64,000 nucleotides of DNA from Ranitomeya imitator. Lineage: Eukaryota. The notes under the pieces were generated by a model that did not search any database, was not told the DNA's origin, and worked only from the letters and a program-made list of their open reading frames with translations. The DNA is taken from positions 132,184,001 through 132,248,000 of the forward strand of contig NC_091283.1 of assembly GCF_032444005.1 (NCBI RefSeq), written 5' to 3'. A program made the position numbers and the translations under genes. Of the stretch, positions 24,372-37,485 are shown piece by piece (position 1 is the first letter of the stretch; each line of letters opens with the position of its first letter).

Positions 24372-27300
24372 TTAACTCAACTTGAGCACGGCTTTAACCA
24401 TTTCCCCAATGCCATCAAATATCTCGTGTAGCGGGCTGTTACTCATGAAGGCGCACGTCGTGACCAGCTTATTCTTCACATCTATGTGGACTTCGTGGAC
24501 CTGTTTGTTGACATGTTTACAGCCCAGCTGTTCAATGGCTCCTGCCGTTCCTGCATATGGCCACCTGGAGAATAGACAGAGGTCAGCAAGTTACATCAGT
24601 GACAAAACCAAGGCGACAACAATTCATGTAACTAAAGCTGACCATGCATAGTAGATGGGCGTATCATGCTTCAGCCTATTGTTCTCGGCCATTTCTTCCT
24701 TACACAAGATCGCTCCTGTGTCTTCTACAAGCCACCACCAAGTATCATGTCTGCCGGAGGCCAACCTCCAGGAGGACAAAACAATCTACAGTCTAAAATC
24801 AAACATGCCCGATCGTCAGCTCCTGAGACAATCAGCTGTCTGGCGCCAACATACATAATAGTTGGTCCCCTCAACCTGAAAAGTTCAGTGGGTTTGACCA
24901 ACAATATTCTAATGTATATGGGTGCGGGTGTTTAAGACTCTCCAAAAGGATGAGCACAAGTGACAACTGTACATAGTTGTGGTCAAATCAGGCAAGATCT
25001 AGAAATCAAAGACAAACCACAAAACACACCACTTTAATCCCTTTCTACTCTAGCACTGATGCGCAGGGCTTCCCACTGGTCTTTATTTTTCCTCCAGTGA
25101 GATGCTGTATGTTGCCGCCATAAATAATTACCGGCCTTAGAAATTAAGCCAAGTTGTATGCCAGTAATAAGCTACAGCGGCCACATGGATATACATCACA
25201 TAATTGCTCTAGAAAAAGGTTGCCAATGACCACAGACTCTAGAGTGACAGGGATTCTAGAGTGACACAGAAACAGGTAATGTTAGTTTGTGTTTTTCCCC
25301 TGACATTTCCTGCATATAATCCCCCCACCCTTCAGCTCTTTGACAATGCCTTTAAACCATTTTACAGGGTTTTAACATAAAAAAACCAAAGGCTAAATAA
25401 TCATTAGGTAGAAAGATAGATAAACATTTGTTAGAGTCACTGACTTGTCACACTCTTTATCCGACCCAACCGTGACTTCACATCCTGGTAGAATTTTGGC
25501 AGCTAATACGGGTGAGATACAACACAAGCCAATGGGCTTCTTGGCATCATGAAATCCTCTTATAGCGTCTTCAATGGGTTTTATTACGGAGCAGTCCTTC
25601 CCTTGAGTTGCCCAAGTAGAAAGATTTTTAGCAACTCCAAAACCTCCTGGTAAAGAGAAGAAAAAAAAAAGTGTAAGAAGTCTCTGAAGTATACAACGTA
25701 TTCTTCTTACCATGGTTAGGATAATGCCATACAGTACCTGGTATGATGATTGCATCAAATTGACTGACTTTTAGATCCTTAAGATCTTTCACGTTTCCTC
25801 TTGCAATGCGAGCACTCTCTGTTAGCACGTTCCGTTTCTCCTCGGAGGGTTGGCCTTTTACATGGTCCACCACGTGCATCTGGTCTATGTTAGGTGCAAA
25901 CGCAACGTACTGTGGGAAATAGGAGAACGGGACCTCAGTGAGCCAAACAAAGCGTCCATTGGTTATAGAAAGCAACATATTTAAGGGATATATTGCATTT
26001 TAGGAAATTATTGAAAACCTTATTAGACAAAACCTGTACTCGTATGACTTTTTTTTGACTAGCACAGTAATTTGCAGATGCAAGTTCTCAAGAACACTCA
26101 GAATTCTTCCTCAGTGATGGCACGTTGTTACAGTGATAAGGGGAAAGGCCAGCAGAGAGATTCCCCATGGTTATATTGTTAGAAAAAAGGGCATGCGTTG
26201 TAGACTAAGGGCACAATGCTGTAAAATATATTTCACACAGGAGTTTTGTAAAGGATACAATATTTAAAATGAGTGTATCTTCAAAAGTGTTCCATATCTA
26301 CAGTAATTGTAACACACAGGAACACTAACAAAAGAAAAAAAATGATATATATGTACAACATTAATAAAACAATCCCAACTATTTCTCCCCTTTTTTTCCT
26401 GAGAAATACAGAAATCTTCTGTAGGAGTCTCAGGGCTCGGCCGCATCCCTCCTCATCCGCTTTTGTGTAGCGGATAGGTAAATGGCTGCAGCAGAAGCCG
26501 CTCAGTCAGCAGCTAAGGTTGGGGCTCACAGCGTCAGATTATGTCCTAGTTCTTCAAGAATGACTGAGTGACAACTGCTGCATTTAATTTAAAACGTTCC
26601 TTTCTAAGTCTAGCATCCCTTTAAAGGAACACATTAAAGGAGTCACGATAATATTTATGTGAGGGTCTCAGTGCTTTTACATACATCAATGGATCTTTAC
26701 TGGAAGAACAACTACTTGAAAATTAAAGTGATGTTAGAGGACATCTGCAAGGAGTTTGTATGTTCTCCATGTGTTTGCTCCAATTTCCTCCCACATTACA
26801 AAGATCTACGGATATGGAAATGAGATTGAGAGCCCCAATGAGGACGAGGATTATAATACCTATAATGCACTGCGGAATTAATGGCGCTATATAAGCGAAT
26901 AAAATAAATTAAAAAGATAGAAAGTCTAACGTTTTATTTCACTATGCGTCAGCCATCACTATCATATGTACAGCACATACAGTGACATTACTGGTCTGCG
27001 TCTTCTGCTGTTCCCAGCGCTGCTCCGGTCCCTCTCCTGCATCATGTGACCGCAGCTCTTCCTCGCCGGCTCTCTCACACACCAGACCGTTAGTTCATCT
27101 GTTAATGCAAATCTCTGAGAGCCTCATAAATGTACACCGAGAAAGTGGCTTCTGGTCCACACAGGAGATGTGGTGTGAGGCGGATAGTCACAGCTGTGGG
27201 CATTTGATCCAGGAGAGGAACGAACCAGCGCTGGAAACGGCAGAAGACGGCAAATGGTATTTTATCTTATGAATGCACTGTACATATATTACTAATAGCT

Positions 27301-27745
27301 AACAGATGGTGAAAGAACATGCTGGAACAGTACTATAAAGTTAGATTCAGTGTAGCTATTCTGTGTATATCACATTTACTGCTTTCCATCTAGAATAATC
27401 CATTCATTGACCATTACATACAATGTAAGCCTCTTCCTGCCCTCACTGAGTGTTGGCACATGGCTTCTCCTGTAAGATTTGGAGAAGTAAGTTCGGAAAT
27501 GTAACTACAGAGACTTTTCTCAGACTGTTGTGTAAAGTTACATCACCAGAAAAAACTGTAACAAAGCTCAGTATTTGCTAAGAATCTGCGTTTTGCATGT
27601 GACCCCCACATAAGGCTTCACCCCTCCTCCACCTTACCTGTGCCCCATCTCTGCTCAGGTGGACAAACACTGCAGAGGACTCGTGGATCTCACTGCCATC
27701 ATACACCCCACAGCCACAGAGGATCACAGCCACCTGCCTGCTCAT
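24372..27745 (-). CDS. GATD3: ES1/GATD3-like protein (class I glutamine amidotransferase-like, DJ-1/PfpI superfamily), 224 aa, 4 coding exons, no mitochondrial leader
   Basis: Exons (minus) 27745-27638, 25909-25738, 25646-25445, 24564-24372. GT..AG introns, 675 nt open. Motifs [52 protein letters not shown] at ~24322-24327. It is probably a paralogue rather than the GATD3A orthologue. Confidence 0.92.
26747..26905 (+). mobile_element. Degenerate SINE fragment in intron 1 of the ES1-like gene
   Basis: GAGTTTGTATGTTCTCC..TTTCCTCCCACAT..GAGCCCCAAT..GGCGCTATATAA, matching the body and tail of 23416-23680. Confidence 0.7.
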
Positions 27746-27818
27746 GGTGAATACAGGGGAATGGAGACCTCAGGAGCAGAAGAGTCCAGATAATGAGGGA
27801 GAACTGCTGCTCCTGGGC

Positions 27819-27903
27819 TTTTATAGGCGCAGAGAAGGTGTCAGAGGAGGAAATGGGACCTGCCACTGTGTCATTTACATAAGGGAAGGTGGAGGAAGTT
27901 CCC
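27819..27903 (-). promoter_or_regulatory. Putative promoter of the ES1-like gene: TATA, C/EBP/PAR-type site, kB site
   Basis: Minus-strand CTATAAAAG at ~27819-27826 (about 75 nt upstream of the ATG); TTATGTAA 27875-27882; GGGAACTTCC 27894-27903. Confidence 0.55.
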
Positions 27904-27990
27904 AGGATGAGTAAGACCTGGGGGAGGAGGATGAGGAAGATCCAGGGGAGGAGGAGGAGGAGGAGGAGGATCCAGGGGAGGAGGACTGGT
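27890..27990. repeat. Purine-rich (GAG)n low-complexity tract
   Basis: GGGGAGGAGGA..GGAGGAGGAGGAGG..GATCCAGGGGAGGAGGA repeats. Confidence 0.85.
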
Positions 27991-28403
27991 TACACAGGTT
28001 GCTCCAGTCTGATGGGCACAGTAGTATGGGCAATATACACTGATCTCTCTGCTCTGCTGTAAGCGTTATATGTACACCCCACCACATTAATGTAAAGTCA
28101 AAAACTTGTTTCTGATTTTATCATTCTCCAGTAAAAAAAGCACCGATACCTTCCGGAAAATCTGCAGACGAGGTTAAAAAATATTGAACTAGAGACAAGT
28201 CCAGCTCACCGTAATAGACATCCTTACAAGTGTGTGGTATTCGGCACCGCTCTCGTCAGTTCACAGAAGAAAAACTTTTAAAGATCAACAACATTATTAT
28301 TTATTTCGATAATTTTGTCCAACCTGGAAAGTTCTGAAACTTTGCACATCATTTCATTCGGAGATTTGTCTTATTAGCTATAAGATAAAATAAATCCATG
28401 TAA

Positions 28404-29591
28404 GGCCGGCCTCACACTAGCAAGTTTTACGGACGTAAGAGAGGTGCTGAAAATACGGATTGCATACGGTACAATTATTCTCTATGCCCCAGCTCCAATC
28501 AGCCGTATTTTACTGATCCGTATTATACGGTCTTCTACGGCCGTAGAAAATCACAGCATGCTGCGTTTGTCACCGTATTGCGCCAAAAATCCACCAATGA
28601 AAGTCTTTGGAGGCCAGAAAAATACGGATTACACACGGACCAGCAGTGTGACTTGCGAGAAATTCGCCGGGGTGTTAGAGAGAAAAGCCGGCAATTCAGT
28701 ACAGTAAAATCACACTGACAGCTTACAATAGAATAGGTAGTTTGCATCTCGGCTTTGGGAAAATGGCCGCCGCGATCTCTAATGCGCACGCGTGGCATCC
28801 CGCGGCCATTTTCCTGAAGCCCCGTGCAGCAGAGCACTCGACCTGCGCACGCGTGGCCTCAGGCAGATGGCCGCCCCCACCGATGACAGGGGCAATAGCG
28901 CAGAACGCGCGCTTTTGCTTCACATGCGCGCAGGGGATTCGGAACTCTGGACATGCGCACACCACTACGCCACCAACGGAAAGCTGGGGAAGAAAAGAGC
29001 GATGTCACCACGCCCACCCGACCTGACCAGCCTGATTGACAGGCGAAAACGGCGACTTTGGTAATGTATTTCTCAGCATAGGTGGGGAATCGGGGTACAC
29101 TACATACACCATAGTAACGCACAGCGCAGGCCCTATTTAACAGTATTGATATCTCAATCTCAAAAAACGTGGGGGGGCAGGTTCCCTTTAATATTTTATT
29201 GCTCTCTCAATCCACCTGAAGACCCTCGCTCTGTAACAAAGGAAAAATAGTAAACCAACAATATACATACCTTCCGTTGATCTGTAACGTCCCACAATGT
29301 AAATCCATTTGAAGGGGTTAAAATATTTTACAGGCAGGAGCTCTGCTATAATGCAGCTGTGCTCCTACCAGTAAAACCCCAGCGAATGAAGGTAATGTAG
29401 GTCAATGACCTATAGTTACCTTCAGTCGTGGTGATGCGCCCTCTGCTGGTTGTCCTCATATGAACTCGAGCGTGGGAACTTTCCTGGAAGACCGGAGCGT
29501 GCGGCTGCATGTATTTCTATGGCAGTGTCGGGTATTGATGCGAGAGACTCATGCGAGTTTCTCGCATTGCACTCGCAAGTGTGACCCCGGC
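28404..29591. mobile_element. Compound MITE block (Harbinger-type ends with an internal Kolobok/T2-like fragment)
   Basis: TAA-GGCCGGCCTCACACT ... AGTGTGACCCCGGCC-TAA; an internal segment ends CAGGTTCCCTTTAA at ~29190. Confidence 0.55.
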
Positions 29592-30493
29592 CTAAGAAAA
29601 AAAGTTGCATATCTGCACTACCCCATAGCAGAACATTGATCCAAGTGCTACCTAATAGCACTCAGCCGTGTTATACGCTCATGTGAATGTGGCCTTAGGC
29701 TACGTTCCCATAATGAGCAATTGGCAAGTTTTTGATGTTGCAGGTTTTCTGTATTTAAGTAAATTAGGTTACTTGCATTTTTTTCATTGCATTTTCAAGT
29801 GAGTTTTTTGCATGTGCTTTTAGGGTATGTGCACAAGTCAGGATTTTGTGCAGAAATTTCCTGAACAAAACCGGAGATTTTCTGCATGAAATCCGCACAC
29901 GTTTTTCTCCTGTTTTACTCGCGGTTTTGTCACGGTTTTTGTGCGGATTTTTTGCGTTTTTTTCCGGAGCTTCCCAATGCATTAAATAGCGGGAAATCCG
30001 CGATAAATCTGCATAATTAATGAACATGCTGCGTATTTTTCTACAATGCGTTTTTATCACAGAAAAATTTGCAGCATTTGCACAAAAATTGTGGAATGCA
30101 TTCAAAATGTTGGGATGCTCAATGTTAAACTAGAAGAAGAGGGGACGGGAAGAAAAACTTTAGACTCGAACAAAGACGACCCAGGAAAACATACTCTGAA
30201 GGGAGGTAAGAACATTTCTAAAACAATCCACAGTGAGGAGATTGGAACAAAACAAAATCCTCTAAACTGCATGCTCGCAAACGCCAGAAGCCTGACAAAC
30301 AAGATGGAAGAACTAGAAGCAGAAATATCTACAGGTAACTTTGACATAGTGGGAATAACCGAGACATGGTTAGATGAAAGCTATGACTGGGCAGTCAACT
30401 TACAGGGTTACAGTCTGTTTAGAAAGGATCGTAAAAATCGGAGAGGAGGAGGGGTTTGTCTCTATGTAAAGTCTTGTCTAAAGTCCACTTTAA

Positions 30494-31754
30494 GGCCATG
30501 TTCACACAGTGCGTTTTTTACCGCGGAACCGCGGCGGTTTTGCCGCTGCGGTTCCGCAGCTGTTTTCCATGCAGGGTACAGTACACTGTACCCTATGGAA
30601 AACAGGACACACTGTGCACATGGTCCGGAAATTGTAAAAAAAAAGCCGCGCTGAATAGCTCCCGGAAAAAAGAAGGAGCATGTCAATTCTTCTTCCTGAA
30701 CCGCAGCGGTTCTGCACCCATAGACCTCCATTGTGAGGTCAAAATCGCAGTAAAACACGCAGATCAAAAATATATCTGCGGGTTTTACTGCGATTTGATG
30801 TGCAGAACCGCTGCAGCAGGAAGTGCGGGGGAGCGGGCGGAAGTGCGTGGGCGGAGTGTGGCTGCCCCCCCGTGCTCCGATCCCGCCCCCGTGCTCCGAT
30901 GCCCCCCTCCCCCGTGCTCCGATGCCCCCCCCAGTGCTCCGATGCCCCCCCCGTGCCCTAATCTCCCCCCCTTATACTTACCCGGCGTCCCGGTGTCCGT
31001 CCGGCCGTCTTCTCCCTGGGCGCCGCCATCTTGCAAAATGGCGGGCGCATGCGCAGTGCGCCCGCCGAATCTGCCGGCCGGCAGATTCGCTCCAAAGTGC
31101 ATTTTGATCACTGAGATATAACCTATCTCAGTGATCAAAATAAAAAAATAGTAAATGACACCCCCCCCACTTTGTCACCCCCATTGGTAGGGACAATAAA
31201 AAAAATTAAGAATTTTTTTTTTTTTTCACTAAGNNNNNNNNNNNNNNNNNNNNNNNNNNNNNNNNNNNNNNNNNNNNNNNNNNNNNNNNNNNNNNNNNNN
31301 NNNNNNNNNNNNNNNNNNNNNNNNNNNNNNNNNNNNNNNNNNNNNNNNNNNNNNNNNNNNNNNNNNNNNNNNNNNNNNNNNNNNNNNNNNNNNNNNNNNN
31401 NNNNNNNNNNNNNNNNNNNNNNNNNNNNNNNNNNNNNNNNNNNNNNNNNNNNNNNNNNNNNNNNNNNNNNNNNNNNNNNNNNNNNNNNNNNNNNNNNNNN
31501 NNNNNNNNNNNNNNNNNNNNNNNNNNNNNNNNNNNNNNNNNNNNNNNNTAGCCCTAAAAAGCTTCCTAGAAAACACAGTCTCTGCATAGAAAACTGCATA
31601 AAAAAAGGATAAAAAAACGCATCAAAAAACGCATCAAAAAAGGACAAAAAAAGGACCAAAAAAAGGACCTGCGTTTTCTGCCAAGAGCTGCAGTTTTTTA
31701 AAAAAACTGTCCTGAAAAAAAAAGGATGGAAATCCTGAACGTGTGAACATACCC
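30494..31754. mobile_element. Compound Harbinger-type MITE insertion containing an assembly gap
   Basis: TAA TSD (30491-30493 / 31755-31757), TIR GGCCATGTTCACAC...GTGTGAACATACCC. An unrelated GC-rich repeat fragment lies at ~30810-31233. Confidence 0.8.
31234..31548. other. Assembly gap (315 N)
   Basis: Run of N. Confidence 1.
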
Positions 31755-34645
31755 TAAGGGAGGATATTAGCGAAGGGAATGAGGATGTCGAGTCCATATG
31801 GGTTGAAATTCATGGAGGGAAAAATGGTAACAAAATTCTCATTGGGGTCTGTTACAAACCCCCAAATATAACAGAAAGCATGGAAAGTCTACTTCTAAAG
31901 CAGATAGATGAAGCTGCAACCCATAATGAGGTCCTGGTTATGGGGGACTTTAACTACCCGGATATTAACTGGGAAACAGAAACCTGTGAAACCCATAAAG
32001 GCAACAGGTTTCTGCTAATAACCAAGAAAAATTATCTTTCACAATTGGTGCAGAATCCAACCAGAGGAGCAGCACTTTTAGACCTAATACTATCTAATAG
32101 ACCTGACAGAATAACAAATCTGCAGGTGGTCGGGCATTTAGGAAATAGCGACCACAATATTGTGCAGTTTCACCTGTCTTTCACTAGGGGGACTTGTCAG
32201 GGAGTCACAAAAACATTGAACTTTAGGAAGGCAAAGTTTGAACAGCTTAGAGATGCCCTTAATCTGGTAGACTGGGACAATATCCTCAGAAATAAGAATA
32301 CAGATAATAAATGGGAAATGTTTAAGAACATCCTAAATAGGCAGTGTAAGCGGTTTATACCTTGTGGGAATAAAAGGACTAGAAATAGGAAAAACCCAAT
32401 GTGGCTAAACAAAGAAGTAAGACAGGCAATTAACAGTAAAAAGAAAGCATTTGCACTACTAAAGCAGGATGGCACCATTGAAGCTCCAAAAAACTATAGG
32501 GAGAAAAATACTTTATCTAAAAAACTAATTAAAGCTGCCAAAAAGGAAACAGAGAAGCACATTGCTAAGGAGAGTAAAACTAATCCCAAACTGTTCTTCA
32601 ACTATATCAATAGTAAAAGAATAAAAACTGAAAATGTAGGCCCCTTAAAAAATAGTGAGGAAAGAATGGTTGTAGATGACGAGGAAAAAGCTAACATATT
32701 AAACACCTTCTTCTCCACGGTATTCACGGTGGAAAATGAAATGCTAGGTGAAATCCCAAGAAACAATGAAAACCCTATATTAAGGGTCACCAATCTAACC
32801 CAAGAAGAGGTGCGAAACCGGCTAAATAAGATTAAAATAGATAAATCTCCGGGTCCGGATGGCATACACCCACGAGTACTAAGAGAACTAAGTAATGTAA
32901 TAGATAAACCATTATTTCTTATTTTTAGTGACTCTATAGCGACAGGGTCTGTTCCGCAGGACTGGCGCATAGCAAATGTGGTGCCAATATTCAAAAAGGG
33001 CTCTAAAAGTGAACCTGGAAATTATAGGCCAGTAAGTCTAACCTCTATTGTTGGTAAAATATTTGAAGGGTTTCTGAGGGATGTTATTCTGGATTATCTC
33101 AATGAGAATAACTGTTTAACTCCATATCAGCATGGGTTTATGAGAAATCGCTCCTGTCAAACCAATCTAATCAGTTTTTATGAAGAGGTAAGCTATAGGC
33201 TGGACCACGGTGAGTCATTGGACGTGGTATATCTCGATTTTTCCAAAGCGTTTGATACCGTGCCGCACAAGAGGTTGGTACACAAAATGAGAATGCTTGG
33301 TCTGGGGGAACATGTGTGTAAATGGGTTAGTAACTGGCTTAGTGATAGAAAGCAGAGGGTGGTTATAAATGGTATAGTCTCTAACTGGGTCGCTGTGACC
33401 AGTGGGGTACCGCAGGGGTCAGTATTGGGACCTGTTCTCTTCAACATATTCATTAATGATCTGGTAAAAGGTTTACACAGTAAAATATCGATATTTGCAG
33501 ATGATACAAAACTATGTAAAGCAGTTAATACAAGAGAAGATAGTATTCTGCTACAGATGGATCTGGATAAGTTGGAAACTTGGGCTGAAAGGTGGCAGAT
33601 GAGGTTTAACAATGATAAATGTAAGGTTATACACATGGGAAGAGGGAATCAATATCACCATTACACACTGAACGGGAAACCACTGGGTAAATCTGACAGG
33701 GAGAAGGACTTGGGGATCCTAGTTAATGATAAACTTACCTGGAGCAGCCAGTGCCAGGCAGCAGCTGCCAAGGCAAACAGGATCATGGGGTGCATTAAAA
33801 GAGGTCTGGATACACATGATGAGAGCATTATACTGCCTCTGTACAAATCCCTAGTTAGACCGCACATGGAGTACTGTGTCCAGTTTTGGGCACCGGTGCT
33901 CAGGAAGGATATAATGGAACTAGAGAGAGTACAAAGGAGGGCAACAAAATTAATAAAGGGGATGGGAGAACCACAATACCCAGATAGATTAGCGAAATTA
34001 GGATTATTTAGTCTAGAAAAAAGACGACTGAGGGGCGATCTAATAACCATGTATAAGTATATAAGGGGACAATACAAATATCTCGCTGAGGATCTGTTTA
34101 TACCAAGGAAGGTGACGGGCACAAGGGGGCATTCTTTGCGTCTGGAGGAGAGAAGGTTTTTCCACCAACATAGAAGAGGATTCTTTACTGTTAGGGCAGT
34201 GAGAATCTGGAATTGCTTGCCTGAGGAGGTGGTGATGGCGAACTCAGTCGAGGGGTTCAAGAGAGGCCTGGATGTCTTCCTGGAGCAGAACAATATTGTA
34301 TCATACAATTATTAGGTTCTGTAGAAGGACGTAGATCTGGGTATTTATTATGATGGAATATAGGCTGAACTGGATGGACAAATGTCCTTTTTCGGCCTTA
34401 CTAACTATGTTACTATGTTACTATGTTACTACGTATGCAAACGCGAAAAATCCGGAACGTGTGCACATACCCTCACTGCCGAGGTTTTTGTCTCTTGTTA
34501 GCATGTTTTTTTGTTGTTGTTTTTTTTTAAAATCTGCTTTCTTTTTTATTCTTCCTTTTATTTGGGTTTGACAAAACTTAATTGATACAGTCATATGTGG
34601 ATTACATGTGCTTTGATGCATTTCCGCTGGGAAAACACACTGTTA

Positions 34646-35666
34646 GGCCAGTCTCACACGTCCAGATAATTCCGGTACCGGAATTATCCGTGTCCATGTG
34701 CCCGTGCGTTTATGTGGCACATCAGTGTGGCACACGTGCGGCACACGTGTGCCGCCCGTGTGCCAACTAGGTACCACACGGAGTGTGCAAGAGACAGCTC
34801 TAGAGATAAGCGCTGTACCCTGCATCTGGTGCTGAAGCCGCCATTCATATCTTCTCTCCAGCAGCGTTTGCTGTAGAGAAGATATGAAAAATCCTTTTTT
34901 TTTTTTTTGTTCGTGTTTAAAATAAAGATCCCTGTCCCCATCCCCCTCCCACCCCCTGTGCGCCCTCCCGCTGTAAATAAAATACTCACCCGGCTCCCTC
35001 GCAGTGTCCTGTCCTCGCCGCACCTTCTCCTGTATGAGCGGTCACGTGGGGCCGCCCATTACAGTAACGAATAAGCGGCTCCACCCCTATGGGAGGTTGA
35101 GCCGCATATTCATGACTGTAATCGGCGGCCCCACGTGACCGCTTATACAGTAGAAGGTGTGGCCAGGACAGGAAGCAGCGCCAGCCAGTGAGGGAGACGG
35201 GTGAGTATTTTAAGAACAGCGGGCGGGCGCACAGTGGGTGGGAGGGGGTGGGGACATGGAGCTTTATTTTAAACACGAGAAACAAAAAACAAAAAAGAAT
35301 ATTCATATCTTCTCTACAGCAAACGCTGCTGCAGAGAAGATATCAATGGCGGCTTCAGCACCAGTGGGGGGGACAGCGTTTACTGTAGCGCTGTCTCCTG
35401 CACGGCAAACGGACTGCACATGGACAATGTCCGTGTGCGGTACGTGTTTTACACGGACCCATTGACTTTAATGGGTCCGTGTAATTCGTGCGCTCCCACG
35501 AACACTGACATGTCTCCGTGTTTGGCACACAGAGACACGGTCCGCAAAAAATCAATGACATCTGCACGGATGCATTAATTTCAATGTGTCTACGTGTGTC
35601 AGTGGCTCCGGTACGTGAGGAAACTGTCACCTCACGTACCGGAGCCACTGACGTGTGAAACCGGCC
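34646..35666. mobile_element. Harbinger-type MITE family X, copy 1 (reverse orientation)
   Basis: GGCCAGTCTCACACGTC...GACGTGTGAAACCGGCC; shares internal blocks with copies 2-4. Confidence 0.85.
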
Positions 35667-35910
35667 TAAGCCAAAACCAGGAGTGGGTGATAAATGCAGA
35701 AGTGGTGCATATGTTTCTATTATACTTTTCCTCTACAATGAGTGCAGAATTATTCAGCAAGTTGTATTTTGATCATATGATACTTTTTATACATGTTGTC
35801 CTACTCCAAGCTGTTTAGGCTTGAGAGCCAACTACCAATTAAGTAAATCAGGTGATGTGATCTCTGTAATGAGGAGGGGTGTTGTCTAATGACATCAAAA
35901 CCCTATATAA

Positions 35911-36801
35911 GGCCGGTTTCACACGTCAGAGACATGTCAGTGTTCATGGGAGTGCACGGATTACACGGACCCATTAAAGTCAATGGGTCTGTGTAAAACA
36001 CGTACCGCACACGGACGCTGTCCATGTGCAGTCCGTGTGCCGTTCAGGAGACAGCGCTACAGTAAGCGCTGTCCCCCAACATGGTGCTGAAGCCGCCATT
36101 CATATCTTCTCTCCTGCAGCATTCGCTAGAGAAAAGATATGAATAATTCTTTTTTTTCTTCTCGTGTTTAAAATAAAGATCCCTGTCAACACCCCCCTCC
36201 CACCCCCTGTGCGCCCGCCGGCTGTTAATAAAATACTCACCCGGCTCCCTCGCAGCTTCCTGTCCTGGCCGCAGCTTCTCCTGTATGTGCGGTCACGTGG
36301 TGCCGCCGATTACAGTCATGAATATGCGGCTCCACCTCCCATAGGGGTGGAGCCACATATTCATCACTGTAATGGGTGGCACCACGTGACCGCTCATACA
36401 GGAGAAGGTGCGGTGCGAAGAGGACGCTACGAGGGAGCCGGGTGAGTATTTTATTAACAGCGGGCGGGCGCACAAGGGGTGGGAGGGGGGAGGGGACAGG
36501 GATCTTTATTTTAAACACGAGAAAAAAAGAAAAAAAAGGATTATTCATATCTTCTCTCCAGCGAACGCTGCTGGAGAGAGGATATGAATAGCGGCTTCAG
36601 CACCAGATGCAGGGGACAGCACTTATCTCTAGCGCTGTCTCCTGCACGCTCCGTGTGGTACTCAGTCGGCACACGGGCGGCACACGTGTGCCGCACATGT
36701 GCCACACTGATGTGCCACATAAACGCACGGGCACATGGACACGGATAATTCCGGTACCGATTTTTCCGGTACCGGCATTATCTGGACGTGTGAGACTGAC
36801 C
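35911..36801. mobile_element. Harbinger-type MITE family X, copy 2
   Basis: TAA TSD; GGCCGGTTTCACACGTC...GACGTGTGAGACTGACC. Confidence 0.88.
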
Positions 36802-37485
36802 TAAGGTATGCTTAATTATTAGGCAACTTCCTTTCCTTTGGCGAAATAGGTCAGAAGAGAGATTTGACGGGCTCTGAAAAGTCCAAAATTGTGAGATGTC
36901 TTGCAGAGGGATGCAGCAGTGTTGAAATTGCCAAACTTTTGAAGCGTGATCACCGAACAATCAAGCGTTTCATGGCAAATAGCCAACAGGGTCGCAAGAA
37001 GCATGTTGGGCAAAAAAGGCGCAAAATAACTGCCCATGAATTGAGGAAAATCAAGCATGAAGCTGCCAAGATGCCATTTGCCACCAGTTGTGCCATATTT
37101 CAGAGCTGCCACATTACTGGAGTAACAAAAAGCACAAGGTGTGCGATACACAGGGACATGGCCAAGGTAAGGAAGGCTGAAAAACGACCACCTTTGATAA
37201 AAAAACATAAGATAAAATGTCAAGACTGGGCCAAGAAATATCTTAAGACTGACTTTTCAAAGGTTTTATGAAATGAGAGTGACTCTTGATGGGCCATTGT
37301 CTGGATCAGTAAAGGGCAGAGAGCTTCACTCCGACTCAGATGCCAGCAAGGTGGAGGTGGGGTGTGGTATGGGCTGGTATCATCAAAGATGAACTTGTGG
37401 GACCTTTTCAGGTTGAGGATGGAGTAAAGCTCAACTCCCAGACCTACTGCCAGTTTCTGGAAGACAACTTCTTCAAGCAGTGGTA

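Larger units (their letters stand above)
30126..34430 (+). mobile_element. CR1 LINE, ORF2 intact except for a MITE insertion at 30494-31754
   Basis: CMLANARSLTNK..DIVGITETWL (AP-endonuclease) joins in frame, after removing the insertion and one TAA, to the 811-aa ORF 31880-34315 (RT motifs GVPQGSVLGP, FADD). The 3' tail is (CTATGTTA)n. Confidence 0.95.
29823..34472. mobile_element. Harbinger-type MITE split by the CR1 insertion
   Basis: TTA-GGGTATGTGCACA (29823) ... CGTGTGCACATACCC-TCA (34472). It is itself inside another MITE that starts at ~29698. Confidence 0.7.

Noticed and set aside
26982-27272. 96-aa plus-strand ORF
   Set aside because: It lies in intron 1 of the ES1-like gene on the opposite strand, starts at a non-ATG codon and has no recognisable motif.
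31135-31797. ORFs spanning the N run
   Set aside because: Artefacts of translating an assembly gap.
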